DNA from: Armatimonadota bacterium
GTDB taxonomy: Bacteria > Armatimonadota > UBA5829 > DTLH01
Reading direction: 5' to 3'
NCBI GenBank assembly: GCA_039680575.1
Contig: JBDKSP010000084.1
Span: 1 to 24,561 of the forward strand
DNA length: 24,561 nt
The notes under the pieces were generated by a model. The model made no database searches, was not told where the DNA came from, and saw only the letters and a program-made list of their open reading frames with translations. Position 1 is the stretch's first letter, and each line of letters starts with the position of its first letter. Position numbers and translations under genes: made by a program. Positions 24,437 through 24,561 of the stretch are shown piece after piece.

Positions 24437-24561
24437 CGTCACCCTGAACTAAGGAGTTTCAGGTATTACCTGAAACTCTCCCCGGAAGATTTTCGGCTAT
24501 AGCCGAAAATCCATAGATTCAGGGTCCATTTTTTTCCTGGATGCTGAGTCAAGCTCAGCAT
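24437..24561 (+). repeat. CGTC-tagged REP doublet copy 3 with a 65-bp element-B insert (24451-24515); runs off the window edge
   Basis: CGTCACCCTGAACT[AAGGAGTTTCAGGTATTACCTGAAACTCTCCCCGGAAGATTTTCGGCTATAGCCGAAAATCCATA]GATTCAGGGTCC..GGATGCTGAGTCAAGCTCAGCAT. Confidence 0.88.

Overview
This is a 24.6-kb bacterial chromosomal window, probably from Armatimonadota. That assignment is an inference from the PEP-CTERM variant and the C-terminal domain of the propeller protein. The left part is metabolic and housekeeping: two SDRs, a redoxin, dapA, a GH38 alpha-mannosidase, an AT-rich GNAT and an S41 peptidase, followed by the conserved block radical SAM (TIGR03960/TIGR03936 fusion)-rng-rplU-rpmA. The right part is a surface/EPS locus with two PEP-CTERM proteins, a secreted 7-repeat beta-propeller protein and wza-wzc-capD. 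The most notable signal is that all four transcription units of this locus share one promoter architecture. Each has a 16-bp dyad (CnnGTA-N4-TRCCnG, then TTTTR) lying exactly 32 bp (three cases) or 12 bp (one case) upstream of G(C/T)C-TTGAC(A/T)-N17-TA(A/T)ATT. This suggests a sigma70, activator-dependent PEP-CTERM/EPS regulon. The second notable signal is a nested system of palindromic repeats. A double-hairpin element sits inside the loop of CGTC-type REPs, also occurs free, and in one case supplies the last codons of a gene. I found no tRNA, rRNA, CRISPR array, transposase or exosortase. All calls come from reading the sequence; no database searches were run.
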